Shown here piece after piece: positions 12,101 to 22,600 of a DNA stretch of 64,000 nt; the stretch's first letter is position 1, and each line of letters opens with the position of its first letter. Source of the stretch: Candidatus Poribacteria bacterium (lineage in GTDB: Bacteria > Poribacteria > WGA-4E > JAJDTR01); contig CBDCTK010000002.1 in NCBI GenBank assembly GCA_965222225.1, positions 512,001-576,000 on the forward strand, given 5' to 3'. Made by a program: the position numbers and the translations under genes. The notes under the pieces are model-generated. The model had not been told where the DNA came from. It searched no databases and was given only the letters and a program-made list of their open reading frames with translations.

Positions 12101-12721
12101 GTGAAGTCACAGACGGAAGATAGCGTGATCGAAGTCAAAAAACTGCCGACCTGGAGGCACGAAGGCGTATGGGCAAGTCATTCGTGGTCTAGCCATGTCG
12201 CTGAGGACACTCGCTTTGTATCGGATTGGGAGAGGGGTAATCTGGTTAGCCTCGCCTATCTTAGAGAGGGCAAGGGTTTCCAAATACTTGGCGCGCAGTT
12301 GGATTTCGGCTATGAAAATCCAATCAACACAAGCGCAATAGTTCAGTGGGGCCCCCGGATGAAAGAAAGCGCCATCGCGTTTGCATTCCTCGCGGGCATT
12401 GCGGGTTATCGGGATTCGGACTCCGATCTCGTGCAAAACTCGAATAGGCCGACGCAACTTACACCTCTTGTCGGCGGCAGTTTGAAGTTCTATCCGCTAG
12501 ATAGAGCCTCGATTGATTTCGCGGGTTCGATAAAACTTCGTTCGACAAACGGTGCGGGAGACAGAGAATCCGACTTCACCCGGACGCTTCTTCATCATTA
12601 TGAGATGGGAATCCGTCTTTACATAAGCCCGACGTTGAATCTCAAAGCCGGATACGGTAAATGGAGATTGGGAGAATACGACAATACGAGTGTGCAAGTT
12701 GGACTAGGAGCTACGTTCTAA
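9107..12721 (+). CDS. Secreted multidomain protein: two trypsin-like protease domains, coiled coil, TPR, PEGA/Ig-like repeats, C-terminal beta-barrel
   Basis: Signal peptide from 9176; TNYHV/DLAVL/GSSGGP and TDFHV/HLAIL/GSSGGP; AEARK heptads; duplicated PPPEI...YIG...IWYFVTA domains; ends VQVGLGATF; start 9107 (ATGA overlap with kinase stop) or 9176. Confidence 0.85.
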   Translation: MMVPKTGSVQLRMANPLLMQKHEMRTFLRSVCLVLFLFSGNALANELTGVEIATRADEATVLIGTGDSNLSEFGQGSGFFVTPNLIVTNYHVIKGASIVAYMRYGQEQFHSIDSIRDVESNYDLAVLKVPSTRVNPLYLGDSDTVKKGETVYVAGNPHGLVGTISKGIISGQQTSPGYNFIRKGANLIQFEASVAHGSSGGPVLNGRGEVIGVVSFGIGDSATGDFNFAIPSNYLKTMLRKLGVRLPSKPQADSGSSKRRNEKKAQADAERAIAEARKLEAEARKAEAEARKAEAERDKAEAEKVKMEAKKAQAELAKPEPVRPKKEKVKVSNSKTAIIDRLHAATVHVYGKDRNGRQGRLGTGFFVRENQVATDFHVVDGSTLKGIKLIGQGTQSMGGLHVARLLKTDKAHHLAILQVKGADVQPLRLANSEEVDIDEEISLVGNPSSGELSEGKISKILDEEGVRYFEFDAPVSPGSSGGPIVNTRGEVIAVTALKVVAITGTLKNAIPSNYLAELLAGKGDPPLHPPPPKPKVSPKPVSSSEPSPYGDWLERGIERYEQAQFDDAIRLLESALDGLTHPENQAKAHLYLGFSRRGRGELQESVIAEFREALSHDPDIELPPQVGQNHPVFKPLLEKTREDATGTLTVNASPPQTQIKIVGSHGEIIDEAAGSVNSCRLFKGDYTVTCTLGEATNLKTVRIVPGVHYILDREITRMPSTSRELTLELDRMVKPQRVDVHFEIYGPSGNELNRGVKQMQLQGEKPDLGTWVYHVNWPPSTPAGRLAYRIKVDGEDIIPIPPPEIVILEPPTDAWVYINQAFDLKARVTSDIQLTEVLVHYSDASKKLRKMDTPDTYIGTVTARDKRKAGTIWYFVTAKDQEGKISRSEVRLVEIKRLDDETDTDSVPPPEITVLAPRGSAVLPINEPIEIKAEVKSSAPLKEVRVFYNSERKQLSETSPSSMLENKSSDTYIGKIPKEHNREEGYIWYFVTATTEKGVKSQTEDSVIEVKKLPTWRHEGVWASHSWSSHVAEDTRFVSDWERGNLVSLAYLREGKGFQILGAQLDFGYENPINTSAIVQWGPRMKESAIAFAFLAGIAGYRDSDSDLVQNSNRPTQLTPLVGGSLKFYPLDRASIDFAGSIKLRSTNGAGDRESDFTRTLLHHYEMGIRLYISPTLNLKAGYGKWRLGEYDNTSVQVGLGATF

Positions 12722-13149
12722 AGCTAAATATTGCCGTCATACGCGGATTTTTGCAGAATAACCGCCATGCTAGAGTGTATCGGGTTCCATGCCCGAGTAC
12801 GGCGCCTACTCATTAACTTTTGAAAACAAAGGAACAAGTCAAGATGCCGTTTGAATTTCAACACACACGGGGGATTAGGTGCTCTCAACATTCACCCCAA
12901 CCCAACTTTGATGTGGACAAAATCTATTCTCTTCAGATCAACATTGATGATGTTATTTTCCGCAGTCTCCAAGGTAAGGACTGGGACACTATCTGTCGAA
13001 CAGTGGATATCGGACACAATTGGTTCCAATGCCCCGGCTGTGTTCGTGCCAGTCGCGCATGGCAAAGCGCAGTAGAAGATTATTGCTGTCGTAATCATAT
13101 TCACTTGACATGCGAGGAGCGACAGTTGTTAAGTTATACCGATACCCCC

Positions 13150-14025
13150 ATGATGAACGTATTAAAGGTAGGTATTCCGAAAGGCACATTGCAGGAATCT
13201 ACGCTTAAATTTTTCAAGAAGGCAGGCTACACCATAAATATCGGCAGCAGATCCTACTATCCGAGTATCGACGACGACGAGATCGAGGCGATGTTGCTCC
13301 GACCGCAGGATATGGCGCTCTATGTTGAACGGGGCGTGATTGACATAGGACTCGCCGGGAGTGATTGGGTGCGCGAGTGCAAGGCTGATGTGCTTGAAGT
13401 TGGGGCTCTCACCTACAGCAAACAGACCAACCGTCCGGCGCGTTGGGTGTTAGCCGTGGCAGAAGACTCTCCAATCAAATCCGTTGCGGATCTTGAGGGG
13501 AAGATTGTTTTTACTGAGTTGGTTGAAGCAACGAAAAGCTATCTTGTCGATAACGGAGTGAATGCGACGGTTAAGTTCTCCCATGGAGCAACAGAGGTAA
13601 AAATTCCTCACTTATGTGACGCGATTGTGGAAATCACCGAGACAGGAAGTTCGTTGAGAGCAAATCGGCTGAGAATTGTCGATGTTGTCTTGCAGTCCGT
13701 GACAACGCTTGTCGTCAACAAAGAGAGTTGGGCGAACGAGTGGAAGCGCACGAAAATCGAGAACCTATACCTGTTACTGTCGGGCGCCTTGGCAGCGGAG
13801 GAGAAGGTCGGACTGAAAATGAATATTTCAGACGAAAATCTGAAATCCGTATTGGCAATCTTGCCTGCCATGAAAAAACCGACAATCTCTTCGCTAAGCG
13901 AGGACGGTTGGCGTGCGGTTGAAACAATTATCGATGAGCATATCGTGCGGGATCTCATCCCGGAATTGAAGCGGGTCGGCGCGGAAGGGATAATTGAATA
14001 CCCGTTAAACAAGGTCATACCCTAG
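13150..14025 (+). CDS. hisG: ATP phosphoribosyltransferase (long form)
   Basis: [36 protein letters not shown]-terminal regulatory domain [10 protein letters not shown]; homology starts at MMNVLK. Confidence 0.95.
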   Translation: MMNVLKVGIPKGTLQESTLKFFKKAGYTINIGSRSYYPSIDDDEIEAMLLRPQDMALYVERGVIDIGLAGSDWVRECKADVLEVGALTYSKQTNRPARWVLAVAEDSPIKSVADLEGKIVFTELVEATKSYLVDNGVNATVKFSHGATEVKIPHLCDAIVEITETGSSLRANRLRIVDVVLQSVTTLVVNKESWANEWKRTKIENLYLLLSGALAAEEKVGLKMNISDENLKSVLAILPAMKKPTISSLSEDGWRAVETIIDEHIVRDLIPELKRVGAEGIIEYPLNKVIP

Positions 14026-14258
14026 CACGTGCCGTGCGTGACCTACTAACTTTCGTGGCAGTCTTCCAACGCAGACGATGTGAAGGATGTTCCGATTCTC
14101 GGTGCGGCGAATCGGTCTAGAAAAATCATGGCACTGGATAGCGCTCAATCGTAGGCAATAGGTATAGACACATTCTGCTGCTGAATCTGACGATTCAACG
14201 GAATCATATTAGGAACTACAGACAAACCAAACACAAACAAGATGGATAAGGAGTTGAA

Positions 14259-15755
14259 ATGAACGTCAACGTTACAGTTGGTGATTTCAAATCGGCGGCA
14301 GTTGATGCCCTCGTCATCGGTGTTTTTGAAGGCGAAGAATCTGGGAGAAGCGGAATCGTCCAGATGGCGGATGAAGCATTGGATGGCGCGCTTCGCAGGT
14401 TGGTTGATTTGGGAGATTTTGAGGGCAAACACAAACAAACGGCTATTCTCTATACGAAAGACGCCATCACAGCCCCTCGGCTCGCCGTTGTCGGCATGGG
14501 CAAATCGGATGAATTTGATGCCGAAAAAGCACGTGAAGCGGCGGGTGAAATTGCCTGTCAGCTCCGAGACCTTGGCGTTAAAACGATTGCAATCCCGACG
14601 CCGTCGGACGCGCCGCCTGAAATGATTCAAGCGGCAACCGAAGGGAGTCTTCTTGCGCTGTACCAGTTCAATCAACATAAAACCGAAGGGCTCGACGACG
14701 TAAAAGAGCTTGATGCCATAACATTTCTTGTTTCGGATGAGGACGGAATATCTACCCTAGAGGCAGCTGTAGCACTCGGCAGCGCCATCGCACGCGGGAC
14801 GATGCTTGCCCGCGATTTGAGCAATCAACCGGGCAATAAACTGACACCGACCATCTTGGCTGAGAAAGCGCAGGAGGTCGCGGATGGGACAGGACTGACA
14901 TGCGAGATTTTCGATTTAGCGAAGTTAAAGGAAAAAGGGTTTGGAACATTAATCGCGGTTGCTCAAGGGAGCCAAGAGGAACCGAGGTTCATCACGCTAG
15001 AGTATATTCCCGATGGTGAGAAGAGGGAAACCGTTGTGTTTGTGGGGAAAGGAATCACGTTCGACTCCGGTGGAATCTCGCTGAAACCCGGGAAGGGCAT
15101 GGAGGAGATGAAGCACGATATGTCGGGCGCTGCGGCAGTGCTCGGTGCGATGCAGGTCATCGGTAATATCAAACCAAATCTGCACGTTGTCGGTTTGATC
15201 GCCGCAAGTGAAAATATGCCGAGTGGCACTGCGATTAAGCCCGGAGATGTTGTTACCTCTTATAGTGGCAAAACGGTTGAAATTATCAATACGGATGCCG
15301 AGGGGCGGTTGGTTCTCGCCGATGCCTTGGGCTATGCCGGGCGCTATGAGCCGCAGGCTGTGATTGATCTTGCTACGCTGACGGGAGCGGTTATCGTAGC
15401 GTTGGGGAATTTCACTGCGGGGATGATGGGAACGGATCAGGACTTGATGAATCGACTCCAAGCTGCCGGAGAAAAAACACACGAAAGAGTATGGCAGTTA
15501 CCGTTGTGGGATGACTACGACGAGCAGGTCAAGAGCGATACCGCAGACGCGAAGAATATCGGCGACGGAACCGCTGGCACAATCGCGGGAGCGGTTTTCT
15601 TGAAGAAGTTCGCAGAGGGTTACCCCTGGGTTCACTTGGACATTGCCGGCACAGCTTGGGATATGAAAGGTTCATCTTATGTGCCCAAAACTGCGTCGGG
15701 ATTCGGTGTGCGTCTCCTGGTGCAACTTGCTCAAGATTGGGGGACGGAAACATGA
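14259..15755 (+). CDS. pepA: Leucyl aminopeptidase (M17)
   Basis: VGKGITFDSGG, MKHDMSGAA, NTDAEGRL, ATLTGA, WVHLDIAG. Confidence 0.96.
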   Translation: MNVNVTVGDFKSAAVDALVIGVFEGEESGRSGIVQMADEALDGALRRLVDLGDFEGKHKQTAILYTKDAITAPRLAVVGMGKSDEFDAEKAREAAGEIACQLRDLGVKTIAIPTPSDAPPEMIQAATEGSLLALYQFNQHKTEGLDDVKELDAITFLVSDEDGISTLEAAVALGSAIARGTMLARDLSNQPGNKLTPTILAEKAQEVADGTGLTCEIFDLAKLKEKGFGTLIAVAQGSQEEPRFITLEYIPDGEKRETVVFVGKGITFDSGGISLKPGKGMEEMKHDMSGAAAVLGAMQVIGNIKPNLHVVGLIAASENMPSGTAIKPGDVVTSYSGKTVEIINTDAEGRLVLADALGYAGRYEPQAVIDLATLTGAVIVALGNFTAGMMGTDQDLMNRLQAAGEKTHERVWQLPLWDDYDEQVKSDTADAKNIGDGTAGTIAGAVFLKKFAEGYPWVHLDIAGTAWDMKGSSYVPKTASGFGVRLLVQLAQDWGTET

Positions 15756-15847
15756 TTTGGTCGAAACATCCTCAAATCACGAACGCCGTAAGGCGACAAA
15801 ATGCGCTATAAAGATTTAAATTCTCAGCATGGCACCGCGGAGGGATT

Positions 15848-16876
15848 TTGTTAAAGCAACAGATTTTGTGTGCTTTGTTCATCATATTAGTAGCCGCTGG
15901 CTGCGGAGATGCGGAGCAGAAGCAGTTGAACGTGTTTGCTTGGGCAAATTATGTCAGCGACGAGATTCGATCCCCTTTTGAGAAAGAGTTTGGAGTGCGC
16001 GTGGTTGTTGATACATTCGCAAGCAACGAAGACTTGTTGACCAAGTTGCAATCGGGGGCGGCAGGTTACGATATTGTTATGCCATCCGATTTCATGGTCG
16101 GGGTTATGGTCAAGCGGAACCTGTTGGCGGAATTAGATCGCACCAACATTCCGAATTTCAAGAATATCAGCCCGCAGTTCTTGGGAAAATATTTTGATCC
16201 GGGAAACCTCTATTCGGTTCCTTATACTTGGGGTACGGCGGGGATTGCCTATGATTCGTCGAAGGTGAAACCGCCTCCCGATAGCTGGTCGGTTCTATGG
16301 GAAGAGAGATATAGCGGCAGTTTCAGCATGCTCGACGATCAACGCGAAGTGATTGGCGCGGCGCTGAAGTTGTTGGGGCACTCCGTCAACACGACCAACC
16401 CGGAGGAACTGGCGGCTGCGAAGCAGTTATTGATTGACCAGAAACCACTCGTGAAACTCTACAGAAGCGAAGCGGATGAGATTCTTAGTTCCGGTGACGT
16501 TGACATGGCGCACTGCTGGAGTGGCGACGCTTTTCGTGCGGCAGATAATCGACCTTCCTTAAAATATACCATTCCCAAAGAGGGATCGACCCAGTTTATT
16601 GACACGGTGTGCATTCCTGCGGCTGCACCTCATAAAGCGTTGGCTGAGAAATTCATTGATTATCTTCTTCGCCCTGAAGTCAACGCTAAAATTACCAATT
16701 TCACCAAATACGGGACGTGTGTCAGCGCCGCCAAGAATTACGTGTCGGAAAAATTGCGTAATGAACCCGGCATTTACCCGTCCGAGGAAGTGTTGAGCAG
16801 GATGGAGTCGCTCATTGACCTCAAGGATTTTACTGTCCAATACAATCGTGCTTGGGAGGAAATTAAAGCCCAATAA
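15848..16876 (+). CDS. potD: Spermidine/putrescine ABC substrate-binding lipoprotein
   Basis: Lipobox AAGC, WANYV, FASNE, YDIVMPSD, YSVPYTWG, IPKEGS, FIDYLLRPE. Confidence 0.85.
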   Translation: MLKQQILCALFIILVAAGCGDAEQKQLNVFAWANYVSDEIRSPFEKEFGVRVVVDTFASNEDLLTKLQSGAAGYDIVMPSDFMVGVMVKRNLLAELDRTNIPNFKNISPQFLGKYFDPGNLYSVPYTWGTAGIAYDSSKVKPPPDSWSVLWEERYSGSFSMLDDQREVIGAALKLLGHSVNTTNPEELAAAKQLLIDQKPLVKLYRSEADEILSSGDVDMAHCWSGDAFRAADNRPSLKYTIPKEGSTQFIDTVCIPAAAPHKALAEKFIDYLLRPEVNAKITNFTKYGTCVSAAKNYVSEKLRNEPGIYPSEEVLSRMESLIDLKDFTVQYNRAWEEIKAQ

Positions 16877-16887
16877 GCCCCTCCGTA

Positions 16888-17799
16888 ATGCAGTACCATA
16901 TCTATTTTCGAATTAGTCGCGGCGGAATCGGCATCCCCTATGAACTAGCGAGAACAGAGTTTCAGGCGGTTTTCGGGAACTTCGGCTTGGAAATCACATG
17001 CGAGTCGTGGGCACGCCGACATATGCAGATTGAACTCAATCTCGCGCCCGTTGATGTCGAATCTTATGCCACAAATCTCGGCTATACGGAAGCCATTCTC
17101 CATCTGCACTCGGAACCGTATCACGACGAATCGCTATCCCCAGTTGAACGGGGAAGATGGCATGTCGGTTGGGTACGCCGACGCGAGCAAAAGGTGTATC
17201 AAACGGAAGTGTACGTTCAGGATGCCGAAGCGCTCTTGGCATACGCGCCGGATAAACGCGAGTTTCAGATTAAACAGGCGGGCGAGAAACGGAAGGCGTT
17301 TGGGCATCACGCTCACCGAGCGATGTCTGTTCTGGATGTACGATTCCTGTACAACATCGCCAAGGCGTCACCAGTTGATTTAATTCTGGATCCGTTTGCC
17401 GGATATGGGGGCATCGTCTTTGAGGGCAGGTGCCGCGGTCTATCAGTAATCGCTTCAGATATTGATTTCAGTCTGTCTCCGGGGCTTTCAGCGCTTACGA
17501 CAAGCAACTATTTTGTTGCTGATGCTCGTTCGCTGCCACTGGCTGCAAATAGTATTGATTTGATTATCACAGAACCACCATTTCGTACTGCTCACCGGCA
17601 AGCGGTTATGGACTCAATTCCGGTACTTCATCGTGCACTTAAACCGGATGGACGGATGATTCTCCTGATATCCACAGACATGTGCGACGCAGCCTGCACA
17701 ACCTTTGAGCAGCTTGGGGAAAAAATCAACATTGTCGGCGTCATTCCGCGAGGCGGAGGGTTGAAATGTCCGGTAGTAGAGGTTAAATGTGTCCGTTAG
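16888..17799 (+). CDS. SAM-dependent methyltransferase (Trm11/amino-MTase-like)
   Basis: LDPFAGYGG, ASDID, ADARSLP, IITEPPF. Confidence 0.75.
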   Translation: MQYHIYFRISRGGIGIPYELARTEFQAVFGNFGLEITCESWARRHMQIELNLAPVDVESYATNLGYTEAILHLHSEPYHDESLSPVERGRWHVGWVRRREQKVYQTEVYVQDAEALLAYAPDKREFQIKQAGEKRKAFGHHAHRAMSVLDVRFLYNIAKASPVDLILDPFAGYGGIVFEGRCRGLSVIASDIDFSLSPGLSALTTSNYFVADARSLPLAANSIDLIITEPPFRTAHRQAVMDSIPVLHRALKPDGRMILLISTDMCDAACTTFEQLGEKINIVGVIPRGGGLKCPVVEVKCVR

Positions 17800-17912
17800 A
17801 GTGTAAGGCCAACCGCAGGCTGTTGACTCCAGATGAATTGGACCGTCACAAACGGTGCTTCTACTCCTTAGAATCGGGTGTGATTGCGCCATCGTTACGC
17901 AAAAAATAAGAA

Positions 17913-17941
17913 TTGACATGAAAATCTTATCCAGCTATAAT
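17913..17941 (+). promoter_or_regulatory. Perfect sigma70 promoter
   Basis: TTGACA-17nt-TATAAT upstream of the ECF gene. Confidence 0.85.
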
Positions 17942-17990
17942 GCCCATCCCTTTAGATCGCAGTCATTTAAGAACAAATCTTTCCATTTTT

Positions 17991-18019
17991 TGAACGGTTT
18001 TTGTGGTTTAGGTGTCTAA
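17991..18019 (+). promoter_or_regulatory. Putative ECF-type (autoregulatory) promoter
   Basis: TGAAC-18nt-GTCTAA, RpoE-like spacing. Confidence 0.55.
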
Positions 18020-18065
18020 ACGTCATGAATTGAGGCCAGTAATCTTTTCATAGGGAGCATTTCTA

Positions 18066-18671
18066 GTGGAGCGAACTGAAGCCCTGCTCGTTGCCGACCT
18101 CCTTGAAGGAGATACAACAGCGTTAGCTTCCATTGTTGAAAAATATGGCAAGTTAGTGTACAGGCTCGCGATTCAAATTACCAAGAATCATGAGGATGCG
18201 AACGATGTCATGCAGGAAACCTTCCTGAAGGTGTACGAATCAATTGAGGGCTTCCGAAAGGAATCCGCTTTTGAAACATGGCTCTATCGCATCATCGTGA
18301 ATCAAGCATTGAATTTAGTCAGGCGACGAGATCTGCGCCGTGAATCCTCCCTTGCGGATGAGAATGAAATTGACCCCCGGTTCAATCTTCGGGGAAGTAG
18401 CGGCTACCCCAACAGTCCTCACGACGATGTCGAAAAGAAGGAACTTCAAAAGTGGGTGACCCAAGCTGTGGATAGTTTGCCAGCCAAGCACCGCACAGTT
18501 GTTATTCTGCACGAATTTGAAGGATTAACTCACCCTCAAATCGCAACGATTCTCAACTGTTCCGAGGGGACTGTTCGCTCCCGCCTCCACTATGCACGCC
18601 GTAAATTGCGCGATTTATTAAAGCCTTATGTAGATGGCGTCAATCGTCCACGCGAAAAAGAGAGGGACTAA
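18066..18671 (+). CDS. ECF RNA polymerase sigma factor
   Basis: DANDVMQETFLK, FETWLYRI, HTH EGLTHPQIATILNCSEGTVRSRLHYAR. Confidence 0.95.
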   Translation: MERTEALLVADLLEGDTTALASIVEKYGKLVYRLAIQITKNHEDANDVMQETFLKVYESIEGFRKESAFETWLYRIIVNQALNLVRRRDLRRESSLADENEIDPRFNLRGSSGYPNSPHDDVEKKELQKWVTQAVDSLPAKHRTVVILHEFEGLTHPQIATILNCSEGTVRSRLHYARRKLRDLLKPYVDGVNRPREKERD

Positions 18672-18675
18672 GAAG

Positions 18676-19620
18676 ATGAGATTACAGTGCCGCTCTATAC
18701 AACAGTATCTATCCGATTATATTGACAGCGTACTGTCGAATCGTCGGAACGTCATGGTAAAGAATCATCTGCGGTGTTGTTCAGCGTGTCGTTACGAGTT
18801 TGAGTCGTTAAGACGCACGACGGGGTTGTTGAACTACTATGTTGAATCTGAACCGCCGAAGGGCTATCACGATCGATTTTGGCGCGAACTTCAGTTTACA
18901 ATTGAACAAACTGAATCTCAGCCGTTGTGGTGGGCCGGAATCGGGCTGTGGCGGAGTGTTTGTAGAACGGGGCAAAGTTTGCCCGATCGGTTCGCATATT
19001 CTTGTCGGACGCTTATTGGTATGCCTAGCCAATGGCTGTTGAAATGGGGCAGATTAGTTCCGATCTACAGCTTCATCTTCATCATAATGTCGGCACTCTT
19101 TGTCGCCAACCAGTTAATGCAGTCTCCAGAGGAAAACCGACGGACAGGAGCACGTCAATTGCGTAGCGCCTTAGAGGAGTACCCGGTGCGACCGGTCCAT
19201 GCCCAAGGAAATCGGGAGGTGATCACAAAGCGTGAAAAGGCGCTAGGTCTTCCGCAAGGGCTATCCAATCAAGAACGCCGCGCTCCGAAAAAGGTGAATC
19301 ATCAACTAGAACTTGCAGAATTGCCCAACCAAGACTGGGATAGTTCCGATCACACGCCTTTTGGCGGGACCAGTGAAACGCCTCGTGCAAATACAGACGA
19401 CAGTGATGTGTTTCCTTATCTTATTGCTTCCGCACAATTGTCTGCTCCAGATTCAGCTCTAACTACGCGGGAGTTTTCCGGCATGGTCGCAATTGATTCT
19501 CCCTTCCTGGAAAAGTTTGAAAGGGAAGGGCGCCAATCGAATTCATCTCTTCGAGTAATGAAGCATGTAGCCGTCCGTGATTTGTCTCTTACGGAGGTCT
19601 ACGATTCTGTTAAATTGTAA
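18676..19620 (+). CDS. Zinc-binding (zf-HC2) transmembrane anti-sigma factor
   Basis: LSDYID...HLRCCSAC motif, one TM helix, directly after the ECF sigma. Confidence 0.85.
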   Translation: MRLQCRSIQQYLSDYIDSVLSNRRNVMVKNHLRCCSACRYEFESLRRTTGLLNYYVESEPPKGYHDRFWRELQFTIEQTESQPLWWAGIGLWRSVCRTGQSLPDRFAYSCRTLIGMPSQWLLKWGRLVPIYSFIFIIMSALFVANQLMQSPEENRRTGARQLRSALEEYPVRPVHAQGNREVITKREKALGLPQGLSNQERRAPKKVNHQLELAELPNQDWDSSDHTPFGGTSETPRANTDDSDVFPYLIASAQLSAPDSALTTREFSGMVAIDSPFLEKFEREGRQSNSSLRVMKHVAVRDLSLTEVYDSVKL

Positions 19621-19688
19621 AGGAATTAGTCACATCTAGGGTATTGAAAATCTGAGTTACCCAACTTACAACCCAAAAGGAGATTATA

Positions 19689-22600
19689 ATGGATCCGAAA
19701 CTGTTAGGTGCCTTAGGCGGAATCGCTCTTGTTGCTATTTTGCTCTGGCCCTCCGGTAGTTCTAAAAAGGTTGAACGTCTTTTCAATGAAGGCGAACAAC
19801 TCTATGGTCAATCCGATTATGAACAGGCTATTTCCAAGTACGGCGAAGCCCTTGAAGAATCTACGGAATGGGGTGTTAAAACAGAGGTTATCGACAAAGA
19901 TTTTCCGACACTTGCCAAATACAAAATCGCTGTATGTTACTCAAAATTAGCTGAGCAGACGGAAGACGTCAGTTACTACGACAGTGCCCTTGAGAATATT
20001 GAGGAGGTCCACCCCACGGCGACCGTGGCCAAGCATCTAGAGGGGTTGACTTACTTATGGGGCCATGTCTTATACAAGCAGGAAAAGTATGAACTGGCAG
20101 AGCCAAAGTTTCACGCCTTGATTAATAATCATCCCAACAGTCTTTTTGTTGAAAATGCTTGGTATGCGATTGGGCAACTCAATTATAAATTGGAAGGTTA
20201 CGAAGATTCCCGAGCCGCATTTAAGCATGTCGTTGATGAATTCCCAAATTCCACCTTTAGGGATGACGCGCAGCATCTTATTGCCCAAGGCTTCCTAAAT
20301 GAGAGGAACTACGAACAAGCTTCTGCCGAATTTGACAAGCTGGCAACTGAAGATTATAAGAATTACCAGGATCTTCAGGCAGAAGCCATGTACAAAGCCG
20401 CGTATTGTATGAACCAACTTGGGCGTGATGATGATGCGATTGGACGGTATACCAATTTCATTACCAAATTTCCGAATAGCCAATACGTTACGGCAGCGTA
20501 TTTCGATCAAGGTGCGATTTATGCGAAGCAGAAGGACTATGAAAATGCGCGGGTAAACTATGAATTGGCATTACAAAATACCGAAGACCGCTCCTTGCAA
20601 GCGGAAATCAGGTCTGCCATTGGCCGAACATACTACGACCAGGAAGACTATGAAAATGCGGTTGTCGCTTATAAAGAGCTTCTCGATGAATATCCCGAAA
20701 GCGAATTCATCGCGGAGGCCAGGCTTGGTATTGCCGATAGCTACTACAAACTTTCGAATTGGAGTGATGCGGCTGCCGGGTACGAGTTGGTAATCAATGA
20801 GCATCCCGATCAGCTCGATTTCATTCCTTACTGTTCCTACCAAATTGGTGGAGCGTATTATGAAATCGGCAGCAATCTGGTGAAAAGCGGCGATGAAGCG
20901 CAAGCTGCCGAGAATCTGGAAATTGCTCTGAAGTGGTATCAGAAGACGATTGACGAGTATCCCGCAGATCCGGTTGCGCCTCATGCACTTTATGGCGCCA
21001 TTTGGGCGTTGAATGATCTCAATCGCAAAGAGGAACTTGAGGCTATTGCACAAAAGTTTATTGAGCAGAACCGAGCGGATCCAGAGATGGATATCTTGGC
21101 GGCAGAAGTGCAATTAAAGTTTGCCGATATCAAGTTTAACGATTTTAAGCGGTACGAAGAGGCGGCAGACGAGTACGCGAAATTGTGGGCCTATCCACCG
21201 CTTCCCAAATTCCATCGCCTAAAATTAATCGGGAAGTTCCAGGAAGGACAGGCATACTACAAAGCGGCGTTGCCGGCAGATTTCCATGAAGGGAATCCCA
21301 CAGAAGGCGTCACCTTCAAATCCGACCTTCTGGATAAATCGGTCAAAGCGTATGAAGATGCCGTAAATGCGTTCAAGGATAGCGTTTTCCGCATTGGCGT
21401 GGAGGATGGGCGCTATGACGACTTCGCCGAACGCGTTGAGCAGGTTGAAGCCTGCACGATGAATCAGGCGTTGGCATACGAAAAACTCGGCGATTGGGGT
21501 AAGGCGCGTGAACTCTATGCGGCAATTCCCGACTTGAGTGGAAATTATGAACAGGCGCAACTGCTTATTGCGCAAAGTCATATTAAAGAGGGGAACCCAA
21601 GTGCAGCTATCGACATCTATAACTCGATAATGGGCATCCTTAGCGCGGACAACCGATCTCTCGCCGAAATCAAGCTGGCTGACCTGCTGCGAGCCGAAGA
21701 GCGGTTTGCGGAAGCAGCGGAGCAATATGGGAATGTCGTGGCTAACAATCCGTCTGGTGAATATGCGGATGACGCACAATATTTGATTGGGCTTTGCTAC
21801 TATAAAGCGGCGGCAGATGATCCCGCTATCTTGGACAACTCCGTTACTGCATTCGAGATGATGATTGCCGACTATGGCGATAGCCCGAACGCAATCGAAG
21901 CATATTACGGACTTGCGCTTGCGTACCGAGATATAGCACTAAAAAGAGGCGACGCTTCTCAATGGCCAAATGTGGTGTCCACAGTGGATCGCGCTAACGA
22001 GAAATACGCGGATAGTGAGAACCAAACGATTCAGAAGACGCTCGGACACATTGACTTGGTTAAAGCTACCGCTATTGAAAAGCAAGGCATTGAGTCTGAT
22101 GAGCAGAGGGAGAGCTTGGTTGTGAGTCTCAGACGTATCGTAAATAACAAGGCCGCGCCGCAAGATGCCCGCACTCGTGCACAGTTGAAAATTGGACATC
22201 TTTACTATGGCGCCAAGGATTATGCCAACGCACTAACCGAATACCAGATGTTCGTGCAGATGTTCCCCGATGCCGGCGAGCTTTTCACCAATGCTCTGTA
22301 CCAGGCTGCGGTCTGCCATTACCAGCAAGCCGAGGCTGCCGATGATGAGGCAACCAAACAGTTAGCCTATCAAAATGCCGCCAACACGGCAGCTAAAGTG
22401 ATCGAAAATAGTTCTGAAGTGAACGATAAGATTAGTGCGTCCTATACACTTGGTCTCGCACGGTTGGGTGCGAATGATAATAAACGCGCGGTTGAAGCCT
22501 TCCGTCAAACCACGTCTTATGAAGGGCAAACCGAGGACAAAGACCGTCAAAAACTTATCTCTCAAGCCCACTCTCGCTTGGCAGAGTTGAATACCGCCAT

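Noticed and set aside
12722-13149. Histidine attenuator upstream of hisG
   Set aside because: No run of His codons or terminator/antiterminator pair
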